In this document: positions 1 to 11,044 of the stretch, in pieces
Position numbering within the stretch: the first letter of the stretch is position 1
Layout of the letters: each line of letters starts with the position of its first letter
Assembly (NCBI GenBank): GCA_030390025.1
Contig: CM059431.1
Span: 118,918,001-118,982,000, forward strand
Reading direction: 5' to 3'
Length of the DNA: 64,000 nucleotides
Origin: Squalus acanthias
Taxonomy: Eukaryota
The notes under the pieces: model-generated
Told to the model about the DNA's origin: nothing
Databases searched by the model: none
The model's input: only the letters and a program-made list of their open reading frames with translations
Program-made: the position numbers and the translations under genes

Positions 1-196
1 CTGCATGCTGCACAAGATCGCCACCATGAGGGCACAGCCCTTGCCACCAGCTATATGGTGAGCAGCTGAGGATGAGGATCAGGAGGAAGAGGAGGAGACA
101 AAGGAAGAGGCGGAAGAGGAAGGGAGGAGTCAACCTAAACAGTGTCTTTCTGCCCAGGCTGTCCATGAAGAACTCATCCAAGTGCGATACCAGTAA
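1..196 (+). pseudogene. C-terminal end of HARBI1-like DDE transposase
   Basis: CMLHKIA matches the CxxLHNIA motif, then an acidic tract and ...AVHEELIQVRYQ* (TAA 194-196); in-frame stop and frameshift present. Confidence 0.8.
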
Positions 197-2061
197 CTGT
201 AACCCCAATTCCACATTCACCAACAGTCCCACACCTTACCTCTCATTTGTCACTGACTTTCACAGCGTCTGCTTGGTCACGATAGAAAAATAAAAGCCAC
301 CACAAAATAATCATTCCAAACCAAATTTATAAATGAAATCATGCCATATTGCATACAAAACCACATAAACAAGTTTACTAATCACCCTTGTGCATTCCCT
401 TACTGCCTGTCTTCCGTGTGCCTTTGCCTGTACTAGTGCTCCTATGCAGCGCTACCCCAGTGGCTGCAGCATGGCTGGTGGAAGGCTGCTGACTTTCAGT
501 GGAGGAGACTGCAGATGGCCTTGGAGAATGACTTCGAGTAGCTCTGCACCTAGAAGGTCCAGATGCGGACTGCACCACCTTGGCATGGGCAGCAGCAGTC
601 TGGGCTGGCTGGTTGACAGGCAACAGCAAGGGCACTGACAGAGTGGCCGGGGTGGGAGCAGGAGTGCTGTCTTCCTGAGAGAGAACAGCAGATTCATGCT
701 CCACAGAGCCACTGCCACTCCCCCGGGGCGGCGCCTCAGCAATCCTAGTAATCTGTTGGAGGACAGATTGCTGGACTGCTGTGGCACCCTGCAAGCCCCT
801 ATGCGCACACTGTAATACACAGCCATGATAGCAGCAGGCTGAGCTACCACTGCAGGACTCAGACGTTGGGTGGCTGCTGCTTGTGCTGCACGATGGTTTG
901 GTCCACAAGTGTGCAAATGGAGTTAGCCACCAATTCCATGATGGAAAGGATGGGCTCCAAACTTTGCGCAAAGCTCTGTGCCAAGTTGGTGCTGGACTCC
1001 TCCATGCTCCTTGACATTGCACACAGGCTTTCTGGCAGGCTTCCCAATGCACCAAGCATTTTGTTGTGCATACCCATCAGCATTCTTCTGCAAGCTGTCC
1101 CATTGACGACCTCAACTGAGTCCTCTGCAGCAGAACCCGTCTGCGACCTCGTCCTCTGGGCTATCCTTACCACCTGCCCTGGCTGCAGGGCACTTGTGCA
1201 TGTGATCTCACTATGAGCAGATCCTGCATCTAATCTATCCTCTAATTTACGTGGAGTGTCAGTATCTGAGCTAGTGGCTGCAAGTGTGAAATCAAGTGAC
1301 GATGCTGTGTCTTTGTCATCTCTCTCTTCTTGGTGTTCCTCCACTGCCTGGCCAAGTTCCACCTCTGAAAAGAAAAAGGCACAAGGGTAAGGTTGTGGTG
1401 CGGGAGGGGAGGAAGTAAGAGGTGCATGCTTACATCATCTGTAGCTTGTAATTCAGAAGAGAGTGTGGGATAAGGGGGAAGTTGGATGGGAGATGGAGGA
1501 TTATGTATGAGGATACCGTCATCTTCGATGGGTTCGGCCCCGCCGCTCGCCACGGCCTCAGCAATAATCATCCCAATAATAACCAGCACCGTCTCCTCCA
1601 TGGGGGCTACATTCACCCCCGCCTGCCTCCCTCCAGTTACCGCCTGCTGCCTCCAGTTATGTGCCACCTTATCCTGCAAAAGAGAGGGAATTGTGTCAGT
1701 GAGTGTTGTGCAATCTGTCTGGCTCATTTGGCTGTCATGGTTGAATAGATGGCAGTGTGTACAAGGCTTGCATCATTGCTAAGTGTGTGAGGGTGAGATG
1801 AAACATATGAATGTTAGATATGTCCTGATTGATGGAAATTGTTGTTAGGTGCGTGATGGGGGTGTGGTGATTTGAGCAGTGGCTGAGGCTACTGTTGCAG
1901 TTGGTAGGATATGGCATTTGAAGATGCATTCACTGACCTTGACCACTCGTTGAGGTCATTGAACTTCTTGTGGCACTGCATCCAGGACATCAGGGCTTGA
2001 CTCCTGGCATTACCTCCAAGGCTATCTGCTCCCACTGCCTTTTGACCGTGTGTCTGGAGGG

Positions 2062-3728
2062 TGTAAGGGTTTTGACACGCCTGAGGCTCTGTGCGTAGCC
2101 TGGATGCTAGTGCGAGGTTAGGCCTTGTTGCCTGTTCTGGTCTCCAGCCAGCCTGGTAGCACTAGACACCTGTGAGTGGTTCGACCCACTCGCCCTTACG
2201 GTTCTGACACTGGACTTAGATGCGAGAGCAATAATGCAGAGAAAACTCAGGTAGACCCGGTTGAATAGTGCGAAATGGAAAATCTTTATTGCATATTATT
2301 CAAGATTACGAAATACATGTCATAAGCACAGATTAATGACAGTACAATCTTACACGCAGTTATGTAACTAATTTTAGGGAAACGAGGAGCGCACGACACA
2401 TCGAAAAAGGGGGCACACATTACAATTATCCTTAAAACTTAAACCCTCCCCTATCAATACCTGACCTAAACTAGATTTGTAGGATCGAGACTCATGCTCA
2501 CCACTCGTGATAACTCGGAGAAATTCCGAAAACTCTGCTCGGATGTTTTTACCGCAGCACCTGACCACCCACGTGTTGATCAGGGGTCTCTGTACCCCAC
2601 TTGTTTACTCGTTTCTGCTCCGTCTAGCAGGCTGGACCGTCTGCTGTCATGAAGATCTGTGTTGTCCTCGGAGTTCCGACACGACTCAAAAAATAGTCTT
2701 CCTGTGCCCTCGCCCCGATGCGATAAAACTCGAAGAATGGTCTTCCTGTGCCCTCACGCCAGTTTGTAAAACTCAAAGAATAGTCTTCCTGGGCAAGGAA
2801 AATGTCTATTCGACCTACAGGCGCGGTCGGGGCTTACTGACCGTGGCGATACGTATGGTCGTCTTCTTCTCTTCTCATCTCATCTCATCTCATCTCATCT
2901 CGGGCCTTCGGTTCCAACACCGTTTACCGACTTCTCGGGATGGTGCGCCCGTTTCAAGGCTTCACAGCCCAGTTCCACACAGATCTTCGCGGCAAGCCAC
3001 GAGGTTGATCCTGGCGGATCAGAAAGTTCACTAGTCTTTCAGCAAGTCAAGAGGCAGATGCAAGAGCAAACGGCAAGTGTCAAAGAGGCAAGAGAGAGAT
3101 GGACGGTTGTACCTTTACAGTTATAGTGCTGTAATTCCTCTTTTCCCGCCCAATCTTAATGTCTTTTCTTTTGTCAGAGTTTTGGCGCTCAAACTTCTTG
3201 TATAGGATGATCTCCGTTTAATGGGTTTCGGTGATACTTGTAACTGCCTGAGTACCCGTTAATACTTCTCCCATTGTGTAACCGGTCAGTATTTTCCCTG
3301 GAGGGGTTTTTGGGGCTTCCAAATGTTTCTGTAACTACCCGCAAATGGCTCTCTCATCGTAGAGTCGTGGGGATTTTGCATATTAATGTCTTTGGATGGG
3401 TTCTTGATCGCTTGGTACAATAGACCTTATTTGCACCTGGGAGACCGATTCCAGTATTTATGTGTAAAATGCAAACCCATTATGTCTTGTGATTTATCTC
3501 AAATGTGCTGAGTCTTGTACGATCTCGCACAAATGTTTATTGGAACGCCATCTTGTCTGCTTATCGAAAAGTCTAGAACGTTCTGCCACGAGGTGTGGCG
3601 GCCATTTTACAGGCTGCTTGTGTCCACTTTGGAAACCTGACAGCATTCTGCTGAAATAAAGCTGTTTGTACGAAACTATGTGTCTCCTTCTTATTTTATA
3701 AAATCGCGATAATTTTGCGAATTCTACA
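2062..3728 (-). mobile_element. Solo LTR-like element (1667 bp), LTR1
   Basis: TGTA...TACA ends, 4-bp TSD AGGG (2058-2061/3729-3732); excising it restores the Myb frame (RRDVLYLQGKRSPSRHTVK); AATAAA on - at ~2285; homologous to 9342-11044. Confidence 0.85.
2684..2794. repeat. Three imperfect 44-bp tandem units inside LTR1
   Basis: actc(a/g)aa(a/g)aat(a/g)gtcttcctg core; tcttcctg at 2697, 2741, 2785. Confidence 0.85.
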
Positions 3729-4315
3729 AGGGCGACCTTTTCCCCTGAAGATACAGGACATCTCTTCTCCTTTCCACCTCCTCCACCAAGACCTCCAATG
3801 CAGCGTTGGAAAACATTGGAGCCTACTCTCTCCCCTGTTGTGCCATTCCTCACTCTGTCCCAGGTCAAAATCTCTTCAACCACGACTCCCAGCACCTGCT
3901 CCAGCCACAATGCACCTCCCCTTTAAGAAGTGCAGGCTACCTTTAAGTGATGCTAGCCTCTCACAATATTGGCCTTGTGCTGATGTGACTAGCCAATGAA
4001 CAGTGCGATTAGCGCTAGCTGGACGCCAAGTTCATTCAAATGAGCAGGCAACACAAAGTTGGCCACAGCCTCAGCAATGATCTCACATGAATGGTCAAGG
4101 TCAGTGAATGAACCTTCAATTGCGAAGTTGGCGTGCTGCCTGCATTGCAATCAACGGACATGGGTTAATCACTCATCGCAATCCCCATGCCCGTTTCTGG
4201 GGGCTATCCAATTTAGCCCCCGTTGCATGCATTTTATATCTGCCTCACTTTTATGTACTATTAGTTTCTCCCTTTGTAGGGTGAATAATTATGAAAATGA
4301 TGCCATTGCAACAGA

Positions 4316-4765
4316 CAAAAAGAAAGATTTGTATTTGTAAAGTGGCTTTCACAACCTCGGGATGCCCCAAAGTGCTTTACAGCCAATGAGGTACTTTTGC
4401 AAAGAAGTTACTCCTATAATGTAGGAAATATGGCAGCCAATCTGCACACAGCAAGGTGCCACAAAGGGCAATGAAATAGATATCTGTTTTAGGTGTTGGT
4501 TGAGGAATAAATATTGGCCAGGACACCAGGAGAACTCCCAAGCTCTTCTTGAAATAGTGCCATGGGATCTTTTATGTCCACCTGAGGGCAGACAGGGCCT
4601 TGGTTTAATGTCTCTTCTGCAAGACACCACCTCTGACAGGGCAGCACTCCCTCAGTACTGCACTGGATTGTCAGCCTGAATTAAGTGCTCAAGTCCCTGG
4701 AATGGGACTTGAACCCACAACCTTCTGACTCAGAGGCTAGAGTGCGACCACTGAGCCAAGGCTGA
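4316..4765 (-). mobile_element. tRNA-derived DeuSINE (SacSINE1-like), full length
   Basis: On -: tggctcagtgg A-box, gggttcaagtcc B-box, Deu-like core (aaagatcccatggcactatttcaagaagagc), tctttcttt tail; homologous to 52859-53301. Confidence 0.85.
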
Positions 4766-5199
4766 CACTTAAATAAAGGCATAATGTAAAACAGAGATAT
4801 GTATGCATTTTGGAGATCAAATATAAATTATTTTTGCGAAGGACACATCACAATCTACCTGTCAGAAGATCTTTAAATATTTTGATTTATTAATCTTGCG
4901 TAGTATGGCAACATTATATAGTCTTCTGTTAAGCTAACCGAGGTCAATAATAACAAATAGATGGTGACGGTCGTTAGTCAAGGTAATATGGCATAAAATA
5001 TGGAGCTACAAAAGGACGTGTATAATGTCACTATCCATAATAACTTTTGTAAGTGTTATTGAGCACAACAGTCACAGCTTCTGTAAGTGGAATTTACAGC
5101 ACCATTGTGGTACTAGGAATGGTGCAGTAAAGGGCTAACTGTCTGAGACCTGGCATCAGACGCATGAGCTACAAGGAGAGAATGCAAAATGGGAGTTTG

Positions 5200-5530
5200 G
5201 TTACACTAGTGGAGAGAAGACTCAGAGGGAATTTTCTGAGTTATTCCAGGGTATTGACAATTTGAAATCTGAGAAGCTGTTTAACATAGCCCCAAGAATG
5301 ACAACAAAGGGGCCAGAGATGAAACTCAGATGATGAAAAGTGAGTGGATAGATCCAAGGGTGTTGCATGTTTGACAGGGAGTAGCCAGGAAGGTGACAGA
5401 GGCTGATAACATCAATAATTTTATGAAGGACATGAACAGGCAAAAAAATCAATTGAGCGATATAAGTAGTTTTTGAAATTTGGGGCTGGCCAGATCAGCC
5501 AAAATGGCCTTTTCCAATCCTGTACATTCC
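5200..5530 (+). mobile_element. Degenerate CR1 LINE 3' fragment
   Basis: LEERRLRG...EKLF-like decayed RT C-terminus and CR1-type 3' UTR. Confidence 0.55.
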
Positions 5531-5829
5531 TTTGTTACTATTAGTGGAGGCCTGGTGGGATAACAAAAAATTCTGGATAATGAAGGCCATTTATCCCCTC
5601 TTAATTCATCCCTCCATCCAGCCAGAAAGAGCCTCAAGTCTCTATTGCAGCATCAAATTATTTCTTAAATGATTCCAAGGTTTTCATCTCTACTACTCTA
5701 CCTGGAAATCTGTTGTATGTATTGATCGCTCTTTTTGTGAATTTCCTGATATCCTCCTCAATTTACCTTTTACTCGTTTGAACCAGCGCCTTCTTGTCGT
5801 GCTCTCACAGTTTAATTTAAATTAATATT

Positions 5830-6546
5830 GGCCCGTATTTTCTGATCGCAGGCCTCCCGCGAGCGGAGGCCTGCGATCTGGAAAAATCTACGGCCTTACC
5901 TGAGGGCTCCCGGGACGCACACGCCTCCGCTCCTGGGCCTCACCAAACTTGAAGTGCGCAGGGCCCACGTATCCCAGGGGCGCATGTAGTTCGCAGTGTC
6001 TCTGGGATCACGTGGGCCATGGGGAGCCAATCACAGAAGGGAATCTCCCTTCATGCATTTGACAGGAAGACCTGTCAAATATATGAATGGAAATCAATGA
6101 AAAAACATAGTAAAACTTTAAATAAATTAAAAAAAAATCACATTTTTTAAATGACTTGAAATTACAATAAATTAAGTATTTTAAACAAAAATTTTATTTT
6201 TTGAAAAAAATAATTAAAGTTTTTACAGGGCTAAAAACAATACTTTTTTTAAAGTATTTTTAAATGATAAATCAGTGAAAAAAAAAATTTTTTTTTTTTA
6301 CTTTTTTCAACTCTTGTAAGAATTGTAAGGTTTTTCTGCGGGCGGAGGGTCTCCAAAAAGCAGAACTATCCGCCCGCAGAGGCCCTTCTCCAGGGCAGCT
6401 GGAGGATCTGTCAAGAGGCTTCTTGACAGATCGGAAATGCCGGTTTTCAGCACATGCGCTGTACATGCCTGAAACCGGCATTTCCGATGTCCCTATGGGT
6501 GGGTACACAGCGCGTGCACACCCGTAGGGATCGGAATATCTGGGCC
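5830..6546 (-). mobile_element. Non-autonomous TIR element (Harbinger-superfamily-like), multi-hairpin type
   Basis: TIRs ggcccgtatttt / aatatctgggcc, 3-bp TSD ATT; AT-rich core; at least 4 internal palindromes; same architecture as 54363-55106. Confidence 0.8.
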
Positions 6547-6673
6547 ATTATATATTTACCTTTTCCATTTACTTTATTGTCCTATATACTTCAGGTACCT
6601 TCTTTCGAGGCAGAAAAGGCAAAGCCTCTACAGTATTTCATCATAACTAAGACCTTTGCCGATTTTAAGTCCA

Positions 6674-6921
6674 GGTGGATTTCCCGCTCAGGCCTGAGTT
6701 AAAATTACAGTTGGGTCTCAATGATGTCATCGGCCGCAACATGCATATGTTAAGAAGGACCCTGTTGGCTCCGGGCGCGTGTCCTTGCTGCCTGCTCAGG
6801 GGAGCAGGTTAAAATTGCAGATGTTGTGATCATGGTAGCTTTCGGACAGGTAAGAGCCAGGGTGATTTTAACTGCACACCTGCCAGGTTTCTGCTGAGCG
6901 AGTAGGGTTAAAATCATCCCA
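6674..6921. mobile_element. MITE-like remnant
   Basis: Degenerate ggtggatttc / aaaatcatccc ends, repeated gttaaaat/attttaac motifs, CRE-like tgatgtcatc. Confidence 0.45.
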
Positions 6922-7145
6922 CCTCCTTGTGGCTCTTCTCTGCATTGTTCCCAGTCCCCCAATGCTTTTCTTGTATCTTGGCCATCAGAACTGGATGCAA
7001 TATTTAAAGTACCGTTGTACCAGAGCTCTCTACACTTTGATCACAAGTTCCTCTAACTTGTATTCTACTGTCGTGGCCAAATAGTTCAACATTCTATTGG
7101 CTTGATGATTGCTGCTCTGCATTGACTGGACATGTTTAGTGTCAA

Positions 7146-7286
7146 GCAGTTCTGATGAAGAGTCACAGACCTGAAACGTTAACTCTATTTCTCTCTCCAC
7201 AGATGCTGCCTGACCTGCTGAGTATTTCCAGAATTTTCTGTTTTTATTACAGGTTTCCAGCATCTGCAGCATTTTGCGTTTGTATT
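7146..7286 (+). mobile_element. Penelope-like terminal fragment
   Basis: 14-bp TSD atgtttagtgtcaa (7132-7145/7287-7300); same family as 11325, 34068, 45477, 51273. Confidence 0.75.
7148..7184 (+). ncRNA. Minimal hammerhead ribozyme motif (stem II degenerate)
   Basis: agtt-CTGATGA-agagtcacagacct-GAAA-cgtt-aact. Confidence 0.6.
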
Positions 7287-7984
7287 ATGTTTAGTGTCAA
7301 ATCTATTAAGATTTCTAGGTCTCTTTCAACTTCATCCTTACCTATTTCAACACCATTCATGTAGTATGTGTGTTACCTGTTTTTCTTTCCCATTTACAGC
7401 ACTTTACACTTGTCTATATTAAATTTCATCTGCCATTGTTCTGTCCACTTACATATTTTTGTCAAACTTATTCTTAATTTCTAAATAGCTTTCTTCCAGT
7501 GCCCCTTTTAGTTTCCTATCATATATGAATTTGGCCACTTTGCATTGGGTTTCTGAATCCAGGTCATTTATATATGTTGGAAGCCCATGGGAAGTTCACT
7601 CAGTACTTCCTCCCATCCAGACATTACTCCTCTAATGAATATCTGTGGTTATCTGCTCCTCAGCCAGTTAGTTAGCCATTCCCAAGTTTCATCCTGAATC
7701 CCCACAGCTTTGAGTTTAGTTTAAATAATAGCCTTTTATGTGAAACTTGTTCAAATGCCTTTTGAAAGTCTACAAAGGGTTTTCTACAATCCACGTAGGT
7801 TGTTAATTCTTCAGAGAAATTGAACGAGTTAGTCAAGCAGGAATGTTCTCTTCTGAATCCATATTGACTGTTGTTTATTAGATTATTATTGTACAGATAA
7901 TAGTGTACAGATAATCGGATAATTGATTTCATTATTTTACATGAAAGAAATTAAGCTTATGGGTTTCTAATAGATGAATGCCAA

Positions 7985-8237
7985 AGATACCATGGTACTA
8001 TTTTGAAGAGCAGGGGAGTTCTCCTGATGTCCGGCCAAAATTTATCCCTCAACCTAAAAACAGTTTAATTGGTCATTTAACTCATTACTGTCTGTGGGTC
8101 CTTGCTGTGTGCGAATTGACAGCCATGTTTCCCTACATTACAACAGTGACTAATTCAAAGGTACTTAATTGGCTGTAAAGCTCTTTGGGACATCACAAGG
8201 TCACTAAAAGCACTATATAAATTGTAGTTCTTTCTTT
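7985..8237 (+). mobile_element. SacSINE1-like SINE 3' half
   Basis: catggtactattttgaagagcagggg...ggctgtaaagc...tatataa...ttctttcttt, matching 52859-53301. Confidence 0.75.
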
Positions 8238-8253
8238 ATGGGATAAATACCAT

Positions 8254-8984
8254 GGGGGAAAAATTGAGTCGCACCCCCTTTGGGGCGCTAACTTCGCCGG
8301 GGCGCTACTTTTAGCACCCTGAAAAAATTAGCACCCCCACGTCCGAAATTGAGTGGTAGCGCCCCAAGAGGGAAGTGGGGCACTACTGGAAGCACCCCTC
8401 CTCCCTCTTGGGGTGCTGTGAGGGAATGTTGTGCCACGGTATTGCAGGCCTTCCTCCCCTTTTTAAAGGGGAGGGGCCTTGCGCAGTGCGACCCAGGGCC
8501 CAGCTGGGACACCGGGATCAGAGTGCTGGCAAAAGAGCCCGGCACTCAAGAGAAGTGCCGGGCTCATGGAGCGCAGCCGGCACTCCGCGGGGGAGGGTGC
8601 TCAGGAGGCCAGGGACGGCAGCGGAGGCAGGTGCTGGCAGGTGGCCAGCAACAAAAATGGCCGCCCGGCACCTCGCCTTTAAATAGCGCCGTCCCGGCTG
8701 CAGGTAGGCCCCCCTGACCCCGTTGGATATAGCGTCTGGCAGTAAGTCAGGGGGCGCTACCGAAGGTTGCGGCCGGGGCGCAAGCGGGGTGCTGCGCATG
8801 ACGATGACGTAATTGCCGGCGGTGCAGCGCCATGGGGTGCTAACGGTTACCGCCGCCGCTAACCTCCCATTGAATTTCGCAGGAGGCGTTGGCGGCGCCG
8901 CGCCCGGGCGCTAGTTGCTTTGCGCCCCGTTAGCGCCCTCTTAGGGTGCTAATGGGAGGTGCAAAGCAACCAAATATATCCCCC
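8254..8984 (+). mobile_element. Non-autonomous Harbinger-like element, GC-rich family
   Basis: ggggga.../...tccccc ends; many GCGCCC/TAGCGC subterminal motifs; last ~90 bp closely match 35720-35809; perfect 12-bp hairpin 8535-8565; TSD unclear. Confidence 0.7.
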
Positions 8985-9341
8985 TGATCTATCCCAAGCA
9001 AATTATTTTTTTTGATCTATTTTTGCTTGCCTTGGACTTATTTCTATCGAATTCACTAACCTTACTTAGGTTACCTCTGTTTTGGGAGGACATGTTGCGC
9101 ATATCTTCCCTTGTGAATATGTGGCGGAAGTAATCATTTGGAATATTTAATGTTTTGTGTTTATCATCAGTGTTAAGTTTGTTTCCATCTTTTATTGTTC
9201 TCACCTCTTCTCTGACTGCCCTCTTACTGTTGTAGTACTGAAAGCATTTTTTACTGTTACATTTAGCCTCTTTGCCCCTCTGTTAACCCTCTTAATGTGT
9301 TTCTACATATTCTTATATTCATCTCAATGAACTCCTTCCCC

Positions 9342-11044
9342 TGTAGAGTTTCGCAATTATCGCGATTCTAATAATATGCGAGAAGCAGGTTAAATTGAAC
9401 ATTTTTATTGAACGGAAAGCTGCTTTTAAAATAAAGGGTACAGAAGCCTGTAAAATGGCCGCTGAGCATCGTGGCAGAAGTTTCCAGAGACACAGTGGGC
9501 AGACAAGATGGCGTTGAATATACATTCATTATGAGACCATACCCGGTATGAATTGAAAAGGCAGGATGCAACCTATTTGCATTTTGAACAAAAACAATGA
9601 TATAAGTGCTTGAATCGTTTCATACGCACAGTAAGAATCATTGAACTGGACAATCGGGGGCCCATCCAGACACATCAATACACAAATACCCCCACAGCTC
9701 AACAATGAGAGAGACATTGGCGGGTGATTGGGCCAGTTTTCAGGGGGTCCCAAAACCAGTTGAGGAGATGATTTATACACATCCTGGCTGGCTCAACAAT
9801 GAAGAAGGCATTAACGGATAGTTGGCCAGTTTCAGGTGATCCCGAAACCCGTTAAGAAGATAATTACCCCATGCTGGGAATTTTGGGCGCCAAAATCAAA
9901 CAAAGGACAACACTTTGATTTGAGCGGGAGATAAGGCCAACAAAACAGTATAACTATAGAAAACAAATGTTCCTCAAGGAGATGAAGCAGTTACAGTGAC
10001 GAGTTATGGTCAGTTACGGAGAAAAGAGGAATCAGGTCGTGTCTTGTGCGTGTCCTGCCCGCGGCGCTGTGCTGGTCCGGTGTTCGAGTGTTGGGTGAAG
10101 TCCGAGTTCATTGTTCGTGGTCCGTGTCGGCCAGAAACGGAACCTCAGAGCGAGCCACCTCGACACGGCAGGCAGTAGGGTACACCATCCCGATCGTCGG
10201 TAAACGGTGTCCGGACCCATCAGGGCAACGCAGCGGTGTGTTCCCGAGCGACCAGCCGTCGGTGGCGAGGAAGAAGGGAATCTCGGCCAAGCGAGGCCCG
10301 AGTGATGAGAAGAAAGACGAGAAGAAATTCCACGTGGCGCTACGGTCAGTAAAACCCTGACCGCGCCCGAAGATAAACGGCGGAGTCCACCTCTTTGAAT
10401 TCTACCGAATACTTCATGATATCAGGGAGACAGGCCTACCCTCTGGTTCTTTGAGCGGATAGCCTGGGTCATCTGCGACGGATATCCATCGGGGCTGTCT
10501 CAAGTGGATCCATCGCGGCAACGAGTGTAAACAAGTCGGGCGCAGAAACCCTTACAGCCACGTGACAGCCAGGCGCTGCAGCGAAAAGCTGAGAGCCTCA
10601 TTTTAAATTCCGAAGTAAGCCGAGCGGTGAGCATACTTCCGATCCTACAAATCCAGACATAGTTTAGGTATTCTAAGGGAGGGTGGTTCCTAGGATTAAT
10701 GTGTAATGTGTTCCCCCTTTTACGATGTGTCGTGTGTTCCCCATTTGTATAGACCAAGTTTATAGACGTGTGTATACTTGTAATTTCTTTGATCTGCGCA
10801 TATGACATGTATTTCATTATTTTGGACACCATACAATAAAGGCATTCATTTTGTGCTATTTAACCAGGTCTATTTGAGTTTTTCTCTGCATTACTGCTCC
10901 TTTGCGTCTAAGTCCAGGTGTCAGAACCGTAAGGGCGAGTGGGTCGAACCACTCACAGGTGATTATTGCAAAAGTCTGGCCGGAGACCAGAGCAAGCAAT
11001 AGTATAGGCAACGAAAGCCGAACCTCGCACGAGCCCCCCTTACA
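9342..11044 (+). mobile_element. Solo LTR-like element (1703 bp), LTR2
   Basis: TGTA...TACA, 4-bp TSD CCCC (9338-9341/11045-11048); TATA-like ~9949, AATAAA ~10835; host CR1 continues on both sides; shares blocks with LTR1. Confidence 0.85.

Larger units (their letters stand above)
378..3846 (-). pseudogene. Harbinger Myb/SANT-like DNA-binding protein gene, 3 exons (~3846-1938 split by LTR, 1673-1517, 1364-378)
   Basis: APMFSNAALEVLVEEVERRRDVLY...KRQWEQIA...WMQCHKKFNDL; GT/AG boundaries visible; basic C-terminus ATGVALHRSTSTGKG like copies B and C; stops and frameshifts. Confidence 0.8.
1..4220. mobile_element. PIF/Harbinger-like transposon copy A (left end outside window; interrupted by LTR-like insertion)
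   Basis: Transposase C-terminus on +, convergent Myb/SANT gene on -, ending in a TIR-like aatttagcccc at ~4220; same layout as copies B and C. Confidence 0.85.

Noticed and set aside
2684..2794. CRISPR-like repeat-spacer array
   Set aside because: Only 3 imperfect units with 12-14-bp linkers, inside a eukaryotic LTR, and no cas genes.
2507..3034. 175-aa ORF in LTR1 and 104-aa ORF 10046-10360 in LTR2 as accessory genes
   Set aside because: They lie on opposite strands relative to the element, shared DNA blocks do not keep frame, and there is no recognisable domain.
8535..8565. Hairpin with shRNA-like TCAAGAGA loop suggesting vector contamination
   Set aside because: A 12-bp stem embedded in a natural TIR element with no vector sequence nearby; likely coincidence.
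9342..11044. Retrozyme (hammerhead-containing LTR)
   Set aside because: No CTGAnGA...GAAA core with paired stems found by eye in either LTR.
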